This document shows positions 38,001 to 48,900 of a DNA stretch of 64,000 nucleotides, in pieces. This DNA comes from a virus, in the IMG/VR virus record IMGVR_UViG_3300008448_000032, positions 22,903 through 86,902 of that record. The stretch is one strand, 5' to 3'. The position numbers and the translations under genes were made by a program. Within the stretch, counting starts at the first letter, position 1, and each line of letters starts with the position of its first letter. The notes below the pieces were generated by a model. That model was given only the letters and a program-made list of their open reading frames with translations. It ran no database searches and was not told the DNA's origin.

Positions 38001-39158
38001 GGGTCTACTGGATTCTATTTAGAATCTTTTGGTCTTACCGGCAATAAAATAGATGTAACCAAGGATAAATCCCATTATTATATAACAACCGTTGTGGGAT
38101 CTTCAGGATCTTATTTTGGAAAAAATTTCGTAGCAGATCCAGATAAAACTTATTTTTTAACATCAAAGCTAACGGAACAAACGGTATGTAAAAGTATTTT
38201 TTATCCGTCAGTTACCGGATCGAATCCCTCTTTGGATTTAAAAAATACTTTGAAGCTTCCCAATGGACAATTTGTAGTTCATTATGAAGATTATGATGAT
38301 CTGTATACGGTAAAAGTTCTTAAGACTGATGAGGATTCTAGGATAAATGATATGATCACAGTATCCGGATTTAACGGGGATCTTTCTTTAAGTACAGATT
38401 CGGATTCGAATATATTATTTTCTGGATTTAATTCTCTTGGTCTTACCGGATCAGCATATGTCAATTTTGGATATGTTAATGTTGGGTATATCGTTAATGA
38501 AATACCAGAAACTTTTATAGACTTTGATTACATAGACGTAGGATATTTTGTCAATTCTGCAAGTGGATTCGTTTACCTTCTTAAACAATATAAGCCGAAT
38601 CTTGGTATAAATGAGGGAGAGATAATATCAAGACCGGGATCGGATCCTTGGGTATGGAGCGATTCCCACGTGAAAGAAGAGGGATCTTTTGAAGTACCGC
38701 TTATGTCTACGGTAATATTTAACAATTATTCTTCGGAAATATACGGAAAAAATAATAATAAATGGATATTAAGCAATTCAGCTACCGGGGAAGAAATTCT
38801 AAATATAAAATATTCTCCTTATTTCATTTATACTTTTACCGAAGAAGGGGAATACACTATATTTAATGAAGTTTCGGATTCGGAAGGAAATGTATATGCT
38901 ACTACCGGTAACGGATTTATAAAAGTCATAGACCATAAAAAAATGAGAATCCCTGGAGTAAAAAGTGGACCTATAAATTCTATAAATTACGGAGCAGAGG
39001 GTCCTTTTGATATTAAATCTTATCAAGGAAATAAAGTAGCAAGAGATATAGAAAAAGAGCAAAAGGAGATAGAAAAAAATAATAAAATCAGATTTGCTCC
39101 AGCCGTAACCATAGAAGATAATCCAGATATTGCTTACAAAAAAGTAAATATAAAATAG
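35100..39158 (+). CDS. Large virion protein with beta-propeller repeats and C-terminal PKD-like domain
   Basis: YTLDFDENGNLWIGTDQGISFFDG and NSNLPNDNI propeller blades; YTFTEEGEYTI...VSDSEGN PKD-like end. Confidence 0.6.
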   Translation: MPGSSIYINQIDLDPNFFVWATGQDLRKFNGNSWEYYDSTNSSVPSGSPYYLDTRSISIDSSGLAWCGVAQGPTASYNSPCVFNVSTEDVSVGEKWDFSDLGNFNLPQEVSLVYSSPYGNEILTFLSPLNGIGSTGATSYTRINGVTGGRLFFYDKNIEKWNETLPGYTWPHIFEIKAKGYKGKEYKYFLGTTQGLWIVPPGILSTISLEGGGEIVKQSKVYNTSTSGIISNQVYTLDFDENGNLWIGTDQGISFFDGHKFWNYDTSGPVTYIKSRENGHVFYSIGDGELSQGTGLWHFNGTTHTNINSSNSNLPNDNIINIDLIENGTKQSNLTLYENSLWILCLNEISSFTYDLPHVYASSKSEGATGWNFTYRVPYGGTGATGAPPLAKMNKYTWGYPEWQTYDTEFVSSKLPGTDPRNLFLTVPLKDISDGKAGEQYYWSNSPIASHEEKVLSEKIGLSMWESPVGVGGSGGDVKITCSTSIETDLGIKYFVGGYITGETQAFFGYYNDSSLAYVNNLNPTIGGSGGTAGSSSYYGEMGFVVCYDYSGSVESILPFRGYKTRVDSLDPSPDDNSISVSGSYSWFIESGPWVWNSWEGANSFSGNGATGSPYGATNLNYPGLTSGSYPWIYDPLSSFSVLFSSFWTYDPMATSTISSGEFDFSYDGSGYNIENINGIYISFIDDTSIDYTSQMESLVTANSIEVSLFPSIYTITSISSIPSGLFIGLIYQSGSTGVIPFVGGTSLRLDFYEWNNEAYPLVKNIGSFPGTPEANSYGVFSAEIHREIGDKFSFTGITGDYNSGINSSYRVKKFRNFPVKNLNTLSGNNYVPLTSIQRTNYHTHLLIQSNLSGNLADLSTLKNDWIWTNDNSSVDNYLSDPAYTGLLSYVKINNLDYSLQSNYNSNTPGSTGGWIRVGSEINALDLGESVVITGSATGGFYFSGNYLSPSGSSNSPFYISITDNPVGSTGFYLESFGLTGNKIDVTKDKSHYYITTVVGSSGSYFGKNFVADPDKTYFLTSKLTEQTVCKSIFYPSVTGSNPSLDLKNTLKLPNGQFVVHYEDYDDLYTVKVLKTDEDSRINDMITVSGFNGDLSLSTDSDSNILFSGFNSLGLTGSAYVNFGYVNVGYIVNEIPETFIDFDYIDVGYFVNSASGFVYLLKQYKPNLGINEGEIISRPGSDPWVWSDSHVKEEGSFEVPLMSTVIFNNYSSEIYGKNNNKWILSNSATGEEILNIKYSPYFIYTFTEEGEYTIFNEVSDSEGNVYATTGNGFIKVIDHKKMRIPGVKSGPINSINYGAEGPFDIKSYQGNKVARDIEKEQKEIEKNNKIRFAPAVTIEDNPDIAYKKVNIK

Positions 39159-39186
39159 GAAATTTTAATGGGTATCTGCTGTATAA
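39159..39186 (+). promoter_or_regulatory. Bipartite phage promoter GAAA-N19-TATAA
   Basis: GAAA ttttaatgggtatctgctg TATAA in the intergenic region. Confidence 0.5.
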
Positions 39187-39223
39187 TAAATAAGAATTCT
39201 AATTTTTAATTATTCAAAAAAAC

Positions 39224-39231
39224 GATATATA
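39224..39231 (+). promoter_or_regulatory. Putative late promoter box GATATATA
   Basis: Exact motif upstream of ATG 39249. Confidence 0.7.
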
Positions 39232-39248
39232 AAAATAAAAAATAAAAA

Positions 39249-40163
39249 ATGGCATCAACTGTAAACATTACTGAAATTTTAGGATCTGATTCGATATCAG
39301 GATCTAGAATTACTATTAATTCTAATTTTTTAATCCTACAAAACTGGGTAAACGGATACGTTCAGGTTTTTGGAGTAGATACAACTAATGGTATATTAGA
39401 TTTAACTACTGCATCAACCGGAAAAGTTGCAGCTAAGATAGGGAGATTCGATTCTCTTTCTTTACCTGCATCAGGAACCGCTTTAACCTCTTTTGATTCT
39501 TTAGGCGGATCTTCTTTTGTCTCCGTTTCCTCTACTAATGTTACAGTTTCTGGAGCCTTAACTGCTAATGGAACTATTACTTTTGGCTCAGGATCTTCTT
39601 TTGTCGCAGGAGGTACTTCGAGCTTCAATGGATCTTTAAGTGCAAATGCAGCCTTTAATTTAGGGGTTCAAGGTCACGTAATAAGTCAGAATACAACAGT
39701 TGCAACAGGATTAACTGCAGGGAGCCCATTTCCTTCTACATCTTTAGGAGGAGGGGGATATCAGACATCTACCTCTGCTTCTCCCTACGCAATAACTGGT
39801 CTAGAAGATGTCGTATTTGCAGATTGTGGGGCTCCTGCAGGATTTTATTTGAAAGTTGTAGATGGAACATCTCCAGTGGGCGGAACTTTACCGAATATAC
39901 CCCAGGGAACAAGAGTAACAGTAGTAAATACTAGTGCTGCAACCGGATACATTTGGACAGGACTTACTGGATCTACTACTTATTATACGGGATTCAATAC
40001 GGATTCTACTTATGGTGGGTATTCACCTTCGGGAATTGTAATACCGACATCTAAAGCATATAGATCTTCAGTTACTCTTCAATGGGAACCTAGAATAGGT
40101 CAGGGACAAGCTACGATGAATGGATCATGGGTAGTTATAGGATCTGCTAACGTTACGGTTTAA
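39249..40163 (+). CDS. Fibre-like structural protein
   Basis: N-terminal EILGSDSISGSRITINSNF anchor motif; Ser/Thr/Gly-rich. Confidence 0.55.
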   Translation: MASTVNITEILGSDSISGSRITINSNFLILQNWVNGYVQVFGVDTTNGILDLTTASTGKVAAKIGRFDSLSLPASGTALTSFDSLGGSSFVSVSSTNVTVSGALTANGTITFGSGSSFVAGGTSSFNGSLSANAAFNLGVQGHVISQNTTVATGLTAGSPFPSTSLGGGGYQTSTSASPYAITGLEDVVFADCGAPAGFYLKVVDGTSPVGGTLPNIPQGTRVTVVNTSAATGYIWTGLTGSTTYYTGFNTDSTYGGYSPSGIVIPTSKAYRSSVTLQWEPRIGQGQATMNGSWVVIGSANVTV

Positions 40164-40178
40164 TAATATTATTTAAAA

Positions 40179-42380
40179 ATGGCAAAAACCCCTTTTATTA
40201 GGCCACTTCAAGTACAGGGAGGTACTTTTTATACTTTTACCTCTTCTGCTGAGGATTTGGCTTTTACCTTTAACAATACTACAAATCAATTTAGGTTTTC
40301 TAAATTTGCCCTTTTAAATATACCCGATTTTGATAATAGTTCTTCGTCAGATACAAATTATGTTAGATTAAATGGTCCTGATGGAGCTTTTTTAGATTGG
40401 GCTAATAATACTCAGAAGATAATAACTGGAGATTCTAATATAGATTTTTCTCAAAGTTTTCAGAGTTATTGTTTAAATTTAGAATCTATTATAACTGGGG
40501 ACGATAATTACGATCCTACTAAAAAACAAAATATATCCGAAAGGGTATTTTTTAAATGGCTTAAAGAAATAGGTGCCATAAGATTTAGACCCTCAAATTC
40601 TAATGAGGTTTCTTCTTCTCTGGATCAGAATTTAGTGGTCAATGATTCAGAAGGACTTCCCATAACACAGAAGAGATATGTTGAAGGAGATGTTACCGCG
40701 GGTACTACTGGTGCTTATGGGATGACAGGATCTACATATAATAGAGTAGTTCAGTATTTAGGAAATTTGGATATAGTAAATTCTGTAACCAATAATAATA
40801 ATTCTTATTCTGAAGTTTATGTATATGTTCCTACGTCTGCAGGAAATACCCCAACGGTTTTATTTAAGAATGTGGTGGACAGTAATTATAAACCAGATTA
40901 CCAATGGACAAACAGCCCAATAAATCCATTAAATGATGAGTATTTATACGGAAGAAATTATACCGAAAATAATCCTAGTGGTTTAACTAATCTTGCAATA
41001 TACGACGACGATGTTCTAGGATCTCCTGTAGCAAATAGAATAGACACTGCTCTTAATGCTGGCGTTACTGGAAATTGGTATTCTCCTAGGGATACTGCAA
41101 ATACTTATTTTTCAGATCCCTCTTTTGTTGATCCCTCTAATTACATATTAACAAAAACAGCAAATTCTAATTCTTTGACATACGTCAGAAGCAAATTGGA
41201 TTCCATAGGAATAGATTTCGATCCGGATTCTTACAAAGCTATATCTACAGATTCTTCTATATCTAGTTTAGAAGAATACAACTCAACACCTTCAGCAGGA
41301 GATTTTGAATTTAACGCAGCTTTAATATACTATGACGTTTTCAACCCTACAGATCCGTTAGATGTAGCTACTAATTTATATGGGGTTCTATTTTTAGATG
41401 ATGTAAATTCTTCTTCCGGAGATATATTTATTCCCAGAACCCAAAAGAAGAAGCCAAATAACGTTACTGGACTAAATGGGAATTCATATGGATTCAAGAT
41501 AAATCTTAAATTTGATACCAATATAGATCAAACCGGTGTCGAACAAGCTATAAACGATTATTCTACCTTCTCTCTGAGTATGTTTATGGATGCTTTAACA
41601 GTTTTCCAAGAAGCTAGTTCCACTTTAAATAATTTATCTTCTCAATTGATTACTCTATCCAATAGGGTAACTTATTTGGAGAATCTTATTTTAACAACTG
41701 AAAATTCTATAAATTTTAATTCTAGAATATCTTCTATAGAACAATCTCTTTCTGCAAATCAAGCTCTTTTCAATAATACCCAATCAATATTAAATCTGAT
41801 AAATCAGAATTATGATTTAACCAGATCTATATTGAATAATGAAACGAGTGTAGAGGTTTCGTATAATTTAAATACCATTAACCAAGGAGTAGGAATTCAA
41901 GTAGATCGGAGTATAGAAAATGTAGTAACTATAAATAATACAAATCAAGATTTTAATATAGGAGAAGATAATGGATATGGAATTTTAACTCAGACGGGTC
42001 AAAATGTAATAGGTCTATTAAAATTTTCCAATTATTTTAAACACATTAATAACGGTATAGATATAAATCTAACCGGGGATATGACTATCCGAATAGATGA
42101 CAGTGTAAATAAATGGAAAAAAGGACAAAGATTTAGAATCTCTTTTGGTGATAAGATTTACCCTCAATCCTCTATAATAACTATAGTAACGGATTCCCAG
42201 GGTCTTTATCCTTTAAGTTCTCCTTCGGGGGGAATCTATTCAACTACAATAATAGTTTTAGACGATTCTATATTTTCACAATCGGATTATAAACCCGTTT
42301 TGGACATAGTTTGTATAGACGATCAAAATTTAATATTTCAAGTTGATTCGGTAGGAAAAAGTTTGACAGATAATCAATAA
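40179..42380 (+). CDS. Structural protein with coiled-coil segment
   Basis: 733-aa ORF in the tail operon; heptad region LSNRVTYLE...RISSIE. Confidence 0.55.
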   Translation: MAKTPFIRPLQVQGGTFYTFTSSAEDLAFTFNNTTNQFRFSKFALLNIPDFDNSSSSDTNYVRLNGPDGAFLDWANNTQKIITGDSNIDFSQSFQSYCLNLESIITGDDNYDPTKKQNISERVFFKWLKEIGAIRFRPSNSNEVSSSLDQNLVVNDSEGLPITQKRYVEGDVTAGTTGAYGMTGSTYNRVVQYLGNLDIVNSVTNNNNSYSEVYVYVPTSAGNTPTVLFKNVVDSNYKPDYQWTNSPINPLNDEYLYGRNYTENNPSGLTNLAIYDDDVLGSPVANRIDTALNAGVTGNWYSPRDTANTYFSDPSFVDPSNYILTKTANSNSLTYVRSKLDSIGIDFDPDSYKAISTDSSISSLEEYNSTPSAGDFEFNAALIYYDVFNPTDPLDVATNLYGVLFLDDVNSSSGDIFIPRTQKKKPNNVTGLNGNSYGFKINLKFDTNIDQTGVEQAINDYSTFSLSMFMDALTVFQEASSTLNNLSSQLITLSNRVTYLENLILTTENSINFNSRISSIEQSLSANQALFNNTQSILNLINQNYDLTRSILNNETSVEVSYNLNTINQGVGIQVDRSIENVVTINNTNQDFNIGEDNGYGILTQTGQNVIGLLKFSNYFKHINNGIDINLTGDMTIRIDDSVNKWKKGQRFRISFGDKIYPQSSIITIVTDSQGLYPLSSPSGGIYSTTIIVLDDSIFSQSDYKPVLDIVCIDDQNLIFQVDSVGKSLTDNQ

Positions 42381-42383
42381 AAA

Positions 42384-45300
42384 ATGGCAGGAACAAATAA
42401 CAGTATAAGCTCTTTGATATCTCAATTTTTGAGATTACAAGCTAACTCTTTAGAAATTATAAATGGCTTAAATGAGGTAGCTACTTCTACAAATGAATCC
42501 GTTAGCATACAGGTATTAGACGAAAATGGATTACCTAAAACAGTTAATATTCCTTCTTACGGGTATATGAGCGGGGAAATCCAGAGATTAAATAATAACG
42601 TAAAAGCTCTTTCTGGACTAGAAGAAAATTCTTCAACCGTTAGAAATTCAGATGGAACTTATTCTCAGATCTATAAAGCTAAAGCATTAAAAGAACCAGT
42701 AACTCCTACCGGTCTTCAGGTTCCTAGCTCATTTAAGGTGAGAGATAATTGGTTCTTTGAAAGTTTTTTAAGTCCTCTTCTTTATGTGAGTGTGGACGTA
42801 ACTGGAAAAATACCAGAAAATTCGGATAGGATAGTAATTAAAAGGATAATAGCCAATACGCAAACAGATGCCCAGAAGAATTTCTTCGATTTAAACCTCA
42901 AGGGAAAAAATGATATAACTCACGATGGATTTATATCTTCTTTGGAAGGATTTGGGATTTCTTATTTTACTGATGAAGCTGTAGTAGATCTTCCGCTGAA
43001 AGAAATAAGATACGTAGGTAATTTTGGGGTTCTGAATTTTATAGATGATGTTGTAAACCAGACAGACTCATCGGGGAATACGTTCCAGGTAACAGTTAGA
43101 AATTACAAATTAACTTCTTTAAATTATACAGATACAACCAGTTCTACGACAAATGGAGAGACCCTAAAAAATGGGGATACCCTTTCTACTACAGACGGAA
43201 CTAAATATAAAATTACTTCCGTTAACATATCGGATTCTACTGTTCAGATGGAAAGAGTTTCTGGCTACCAACCAGTTCTACTAGGAACTAATTCTCTTTC
43301 TATTGCTATTGCAGATTTTGCAAATAGATTTGCTGATGTTAATATAGGAAATGATGAGAGACAAGGGGTTTTCTTTAAAAGCATAGATGATGATTTTAAT
43401 ATAGTTGCTTCTACCTGGTCTACCGGTATTACTTTCTGGTCTAGCGAACTTGAAACTTTAACTTCAGACGGAAAGCTAGTTAATCTTACAACATATTATA
43501 AAAATAGTGTTTCTGATTTCGGAAAACTTTTTATAGGTCTTGCAAAAGAAAATACCGTAACTGCAATAGAAGGTTTAATTCCAAATACTCCTTCTCTTAC
43601 TCAGGATTCTTTTAGAGTAGTTCAGATAAATAAACAGGTTACAGATTCTACGTCTATAAAAACAGTAGACGATAAACTTAAGCTTAAAACTTCTTTAAAA
43701 AGCGAAATAGATTCTATAGATCAAGCTTTACAGCAAACAAGACTTCAGATAAATAATCTTAATTCAGGGAGAAATACCGGAAATGGTTCTACTTTTTCTA
43801 ATTTTACAAATCAAAAAGCTTCTTTAGAAAATAATGTAAAATCTTTAACCGAGGAGAGATCTAAAAAATCAGAACTCTATGCATCTTTAGTAACTGAGGT
43901 TTCTACTCTAACTAGAGATGTTCCTCAAATTACAGAAAGACCTAAATATAGGGTTAGAGGGTTTTGGCCTATTCCAGATCCTAAGATTAGCGGGGAAACT
44001 AAGCAGGAAGTTATTCAGTTTACGGTTAGATATAGATATCTTTCTGATTCTGGATCTTCACAGCCGACAGACCAAATTGAATATACAGATAGAGACGGAC
44101 TCAAAAAAAATGCTGCTTTTTCTAACTGGGTAGAATACAAAACACCAGAGAGAAAAAAAGTTTATGACTCATCAAAAGGAATTTATATTTGGGCTACAGA
44201 AGATCCTTCTAATGCTAATTCGGTTAATATAAATCAATTAGATATTGCTATAACTAAAGGAGAAAAAGTTGAAATTCAGGTAGCTTCAATATCAGAAGCA
44301 GGATGGCCTCAAAATCCATTAACCTCAGATTTTTCCCCCTCGGTTGTTATATCTTTTCCCGACAATTTAAACGTAAACGGAGCTTCTGATACTTTAATAA
44401 AAAATAATGAAGATTCTGCGGTCATTAAAGTTCAGCAGACTTTAAATTCCCAAGGTCTTCCCCAGCATTTATCTGAACAATTTACAGATGGATCTATAAC
44501 TTATTATCATAATTCTTCTAATATTGCTAGTGGATATTACACATCTTCTGGCTCAGTGATTAGTCTTTTTGATAAGATATCGGATCTTCAAAATCAAATA
44601 GAAGTTCTAAAAGCTCAGATTTCTAATACGAAAGGAATTCTTGAAGTTTATATAGTAGATTCTAACAATCAAACTATTAATGTTACTAAAGGATCCTTAG
44701 TTAGCTTAAATGCAGGATTTTACGATAGTATATTTAGTAATCCTTTAACTTTAGATGCTGGTAAAATAGCTTCAACAACATATAGTATACAGCTAGTTAA
44801 TACCCAAATGACCGCGGTAGAATTAGTTTCTATTATTCCCGGAGGGTTATCGGTTAAAGCTCCTAATGTCATTTCTGCATCTTCTCCGGTAGGGTATAAT
44901 GAAAATTTAAGATATGGACAGTGTCCTATTTCATTGAGCTCTTTAACTCTTCCCGAGGTTACCGATAATACAAATTTTAGACAGGTTTCTCCTTTTGCGT
45001 CGTCTAGTTCTTATTCCCAGTATTTATACCCTAGATTTAAAAGTGTAGGTCTAAATGAGATTCTTTATTGTGCAATAGATAATAACGTTTCGACAAATAC
45101 CCCTGTAGGAGATTCGCCAGCTGCTCCTACAATTCCAGGAGCTTTTACTTCTTCGTATGATCCAAATTATGCCTACGATGGGCAAACCCAAACTAATTTC
45201 GGGATAGCAGGAACTTATCCTCAGAACGGAACAGTACTTACCCCTTACGATCCCACAAATACCCCTATTACTGTGATAGGAGCTACAGCTTCTGCAGTTT

Positions 45301-45980
45301 GGTCGGGGGGAACGGCAGGAAATGTTCCGAATGGGGGAGGAAACGTTTCAGAATTCTGTATATCTATAGATCATCCTTATCTGGTAAGTTCAATATCTTC
45401 AAATACTTATACCACATATGATGAATTAGTAAAACCTTATTCTTCAGATACCAAGGTTTATCCTCCATTTAGGCATACGCAAACTTTTTGGGGTGATTCT
45501 TCTCTTTCAGATTATAAAGTTCAGCAGGCTTATAGAGATCCTATAACTTTTGCGTCAGGTCCTACCGCAGGAAGAGAGGATAGAATGTATGCAGATAAAC
45601 TAGGATTTTCTGCAAATGATGAATACCTAATAGGTAAATTCTCTTGCGGATCTTATCTATTCTTAAGTCCAGTAGATTCTTCTTTCCTTCAAGTTCCAGG
45701 AAGAAGCGCTTTATCTAGTATTTCGTTAGAAAATGGAAAGGTTAATGCTATAAACGTTCCTTTAATTTACCAATTTAGAGCGGTGGATAAATTAGGATAT
45801 ATCGGAGGATTTAGAAAAAGCGGAAATCTTTCTAATATAACTTATACTAAAAAAATAGGAATAGATATCCAAATAAAGAACGAGGACTCTTTTTCTTTTG
45901 ATATACAAGTTACGGGATCTTATAAGAATGAAACATTAGTTGCTCCTAATTTCGATAGTGCTATCGTTAGTAGATCTTAA
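42384..45980 (+). CDS. Large structural protein with coiled coils
   Basis: 1198-aa ORF in the tail operon. Confidence 0.55.
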   Translation: MAGTNNSISSLISQFLRLQANSLEIINGLNEVATSTNESVSIQVLDENGLPKTVNIPSYGYMSGEIQRLNNNVKALSGLEENSSTVRNSDGTYSQIYKAKALKEPVTPTGLQVPSSFKVRDNWFFESFLSPLLYVSVDVTGKIPENSDRIVIKRIIANTQTDAQKNFFDLNLKGKNDITHDGFISSLEGFGISYFTDEAVVDLPLKEIRYVGNFGVLNFIDDVVNQTDSSGNTFQVTVRNYKLTSLNYTDTTSSTTNGETLKNGDTLSTTDGTKYKITSVNISDSTVQMERVSGYQPVLLGTNSLSIAIADFANRFADVNIGNDERQGVFFKSIDDDFNIVASTWSTGITFWSSELETLTSDGKLVNLTTYYKNSVSDFGKLFIGLAKENTVTAIEGLIPNTPSLTQDSFRVVQINKQVTDSTSIKTVDDKLKLKTSLKSEIDSIDQALQQTRLQINNLNSGRNTGNGSTFSNFTNQKASLENNVKSLTEERSKKSELYASLVTEVSTLTRDVPQITERPKYRVRGFWPIPDPKISGETKQEVIQFTVRYRYLSDSGSSQPTDQIEYTDRDGLKKNAAFSNWVEYKTPERKKVYDSSKGIYIWATEDPSNANSVNINQLDIAITKGEKVEIQVASISEAGWPQNPLTSDFSPSVVISFPDNLNVNGASDTLIKNNEDSAVIKVQQTLNSQGLPQHLSEQFTDGSITYYHNSSNIASGYYTSSGSVISLFDKISDLQNQIEVLKAQISNTKGILEVYIVDSNNQTINVTKGSLVSLNAGFYDSIFSNPLTLDAGKIASTTYSIQLVNTQMTAVELVSIIPGGLSVKAPNVISASSPVGYNENLRYGQCPISLSSLTLPEVTDNTNFRQVSPFASSSSYSQYLYPRFKSVGLNEILYCAIDNNVSTNTPVGDSPAAPTIPGAFTSSYDPNYAYDGQTQTNFGIAGTYPQNGTVLTPYDPTNTPITVIGATASAVWSGGTAGNVPNGGGNVSEFCISIDHPYLVSSISSNTYTTYDELVKPYSSDTKVYPPFRHTQTFWGDSSLSDYKVQQAYRDPITFASGPTAGREDRMYADKLGFSANDEYLIGKFSCGSYLFLSPVDSSFLQVPGRSALSSISLENGKVNAINVPLIYQFRAVDKLGYIGGFRKSGNLSNITYTKKIGIDIQIKNEDSFSFDIQVTGSYKNETLVAPNFDSAIVSRS

Positions 45981-45999
45981 TTAAAATATAAAAAATATA

Positions 46000-48900
46000 A
46001 TGGCAGAACCAAAATTATTCGATTATAATTCTTCCTTTTCTGTAATAAGAACAAACCCTAAAATAACAGGAAATCTTAAGATAACTGTGGATTCTTCGGG
46101 GTCAGTTTCTTTTAATACTTTTTCTGCTAATTCGACTTTAAGCTCAGATAGATTTAAAAAATTTAACGTAACGGGAAAAAATTCATTTAATGTAGATGTC
46201 TATAATTTTTTTCAACAAGGACAAACCCCCGTAGAATCTATATTTGAAGTTGCCAAGAAAACAAACGGAGAAACTAAAACAGCCACAGAATATTCTTCGC
46301 AATACGATTTTTTTTACGGGAGTGGAGCTTCTCTTTTTATAGACCCAAATTACCCAGAAGCTTTTAGCTATCTTTCCCCCTTGTGGATAAGAGATCAGCT
46401 TCCTGATTTTTTTGTTATATTTAAAGTTCCTGGACCTTTAAATTATTCTTATACCGAAAATGTAACCTCAATAAACGGCGGAACCTTCTATAAGGTAATT
46501 GCTGATTACGATAGCTCTTATTTAAATCCAGAAACAGGAATTCCGGACTATAGAATAAAATATGGAAAGGATCCTTTAGGGAATGATATTTTCTATTACA
46601 ATGGATCTATATTTGAAGGTAATCCTTCCTTTTTAAATTATACCCCAGTAGAAGGATCGGGTAAAGTAGTTATTTTCGATGAGCTTTACAATCTAGATAA
46701 TGTTAAAGACATAGAAAAAACTTTTTCCGATAAGATATTACCAAATGCAACAGCAATAAAAACATTTGACCTTAGAGAAAATACATTAATAGGAAATTAT
46801 ATAAGATCTATAATAAATAATAATAATTTTTCTAAATCCCCGATAGATATAAATTGGTCTCCGAATGGGTATTCGTATTGGAATGGAGTAGATGTGAATA
46901 ATGGAATTTTCACATCAAAGGGGGAAATCCTGTATGATTATATGAGATCTGCAGATTCAGATACTATGATAGATTTTGAAGATTATATCACTTCTGGGTT
47001 TTCTAGGAATGGTATAATATGTCCAAATCTTTTAAATTTAGAATTTCTTTTTGATGATGATGATTCTGACATATACACGATAAACCGATATTTCGGTATG
47101 TATGTTTCTAGAAATGATATAGCTTCTCTTAGAACTAATGGTAATTTTTATTATGAATTTAAAGATTTACCAGGAAATGAAAATCTTCCCAAACCTTCTA
47201 GAAATAATGTAGGATATTATTACAACACAGAAAATAGTATTTTGGGAGCAACTTCAGGGATTAAATTCTTCTATGAGAATTCTAGCGGATTTCTTCCTGG
47301 ATCTAATGACGTTAATGTAAATGACCCAAATAAACTTTTTTATCTTACCGATAAAAATGATAATTTTTACAGCTTAAAAAGATCTGAATTTTATAATCCT
47401 CTGGATTTAAATTCTCCTAGCTTTTTCGGTCCTTATGACTATTCAACTTTAACATTTGGCGGGACTGGAACAACAGGAGCTACTGCTGGATCTTTATCCC
47501 TTCATGACACTAAGTTGGATTTATTAGATTTTACCGGGGTTGGTAAAAAAATATCCACGATCAAAGGGGAAAAGCCTCAGGATGCAGGAAGATCTTATAT
47601 CGATATAGAATTTTTAAAACCCTACGATCCTTTCTTAACTCTTACTTTTAAGATATACTGGGAAAATGGATCTCAAAAAGAGGGAATAAGAAAATATGAT
47701 TTAGTAGAATCTAAAGATTTTTCTTCTATATTTCCTTGGCTTGCTGGAGCGTATTATTCCACAGGGGATTCTTATTATTTTAATGGATTTTTAGGCGGAG
47801 TCGATGACATTTCTGGAGCATTTGCGAATGTTTTAGATGAATTAAATCCTACTAGCTGGGATACTGGATCCAACGATGGGTACACAGTAATAAGACTGAA
47901 AAATACTGGAGTTTATGGTAACTCTACATTTTTTGTTAGTGTATTTGATGATTATTATAATTTTAATCTTTCTTATAAAAAAGAATGGAACAATACAGAT
48001 TCTTATTCTTCGGGAGATATAGTAATGTATTTAAATAAGTATTATAAATCCAATACTCCTGTACCTTCTCCTTCTATAGGAAATTTCAATACTTCTCCGG
48101 ATCAATCTTCTTCTTGGGATCCTTATTATACTTTTTCCTCTAGCGGATATATCAACATAAAGGGAATTGATGTCTCTTCTTCTAATGAAAATTTCAATTT
48201 TGTAGGCGGGACAAAAACCAGAAATAATAGGATTATATTCGGAATAGATTATTCAGATCAGGTTCAGGTAGGGGATTTTATCCAGACATTAACCGGATTT
48301 AATGAAATAAAAGCGGTAACAAGATATGTAGAATCTCCATCGATAGACGGAAATACAAAAAAAGTTATTTCTTTTAATGGATTTTTGGATAAATTGGTAG
48401 TTGAAATAGAAGATGATTATTCAAGAATAGATCTCGGGTCCGATGAATCTTTTAATACGTATTCTTCTCCGGAACTAAAAATCGGGGTTTTTACTTTTTT
48501 CGACACAAAAGAATTCGATTTTGATTTTTTTAGCTCTAGTTATTCTTATAATCCATTTCCTGAAACATATAAATATTATCAGATTCAGCCGGGAACTGAA
48601 GGAGTAATAGACCCAGGAGTTTTTTACTTTGTTAAACAGGGAGAAATAGTTTACAATTCTACTATCTATGCCCAAGGAGATATTTTTACAGGGGTCACTG
48701 GATCTACTTTATTTAATGAGGTTAATCCAAATCCAAATCTTCCTTCTGTTGTATTCCCCTCCCAATATTCTAATACCGTCTATAATAGTTCTATAACCAA
48801 TTACACTGGAATAGAATATGAGAATAATTTAAATAGCTTTAATGGATTCATAGGAATTCAAAAGCTAAATCCTGGAACTCCTTCTCCGAGTTCAACTAAA

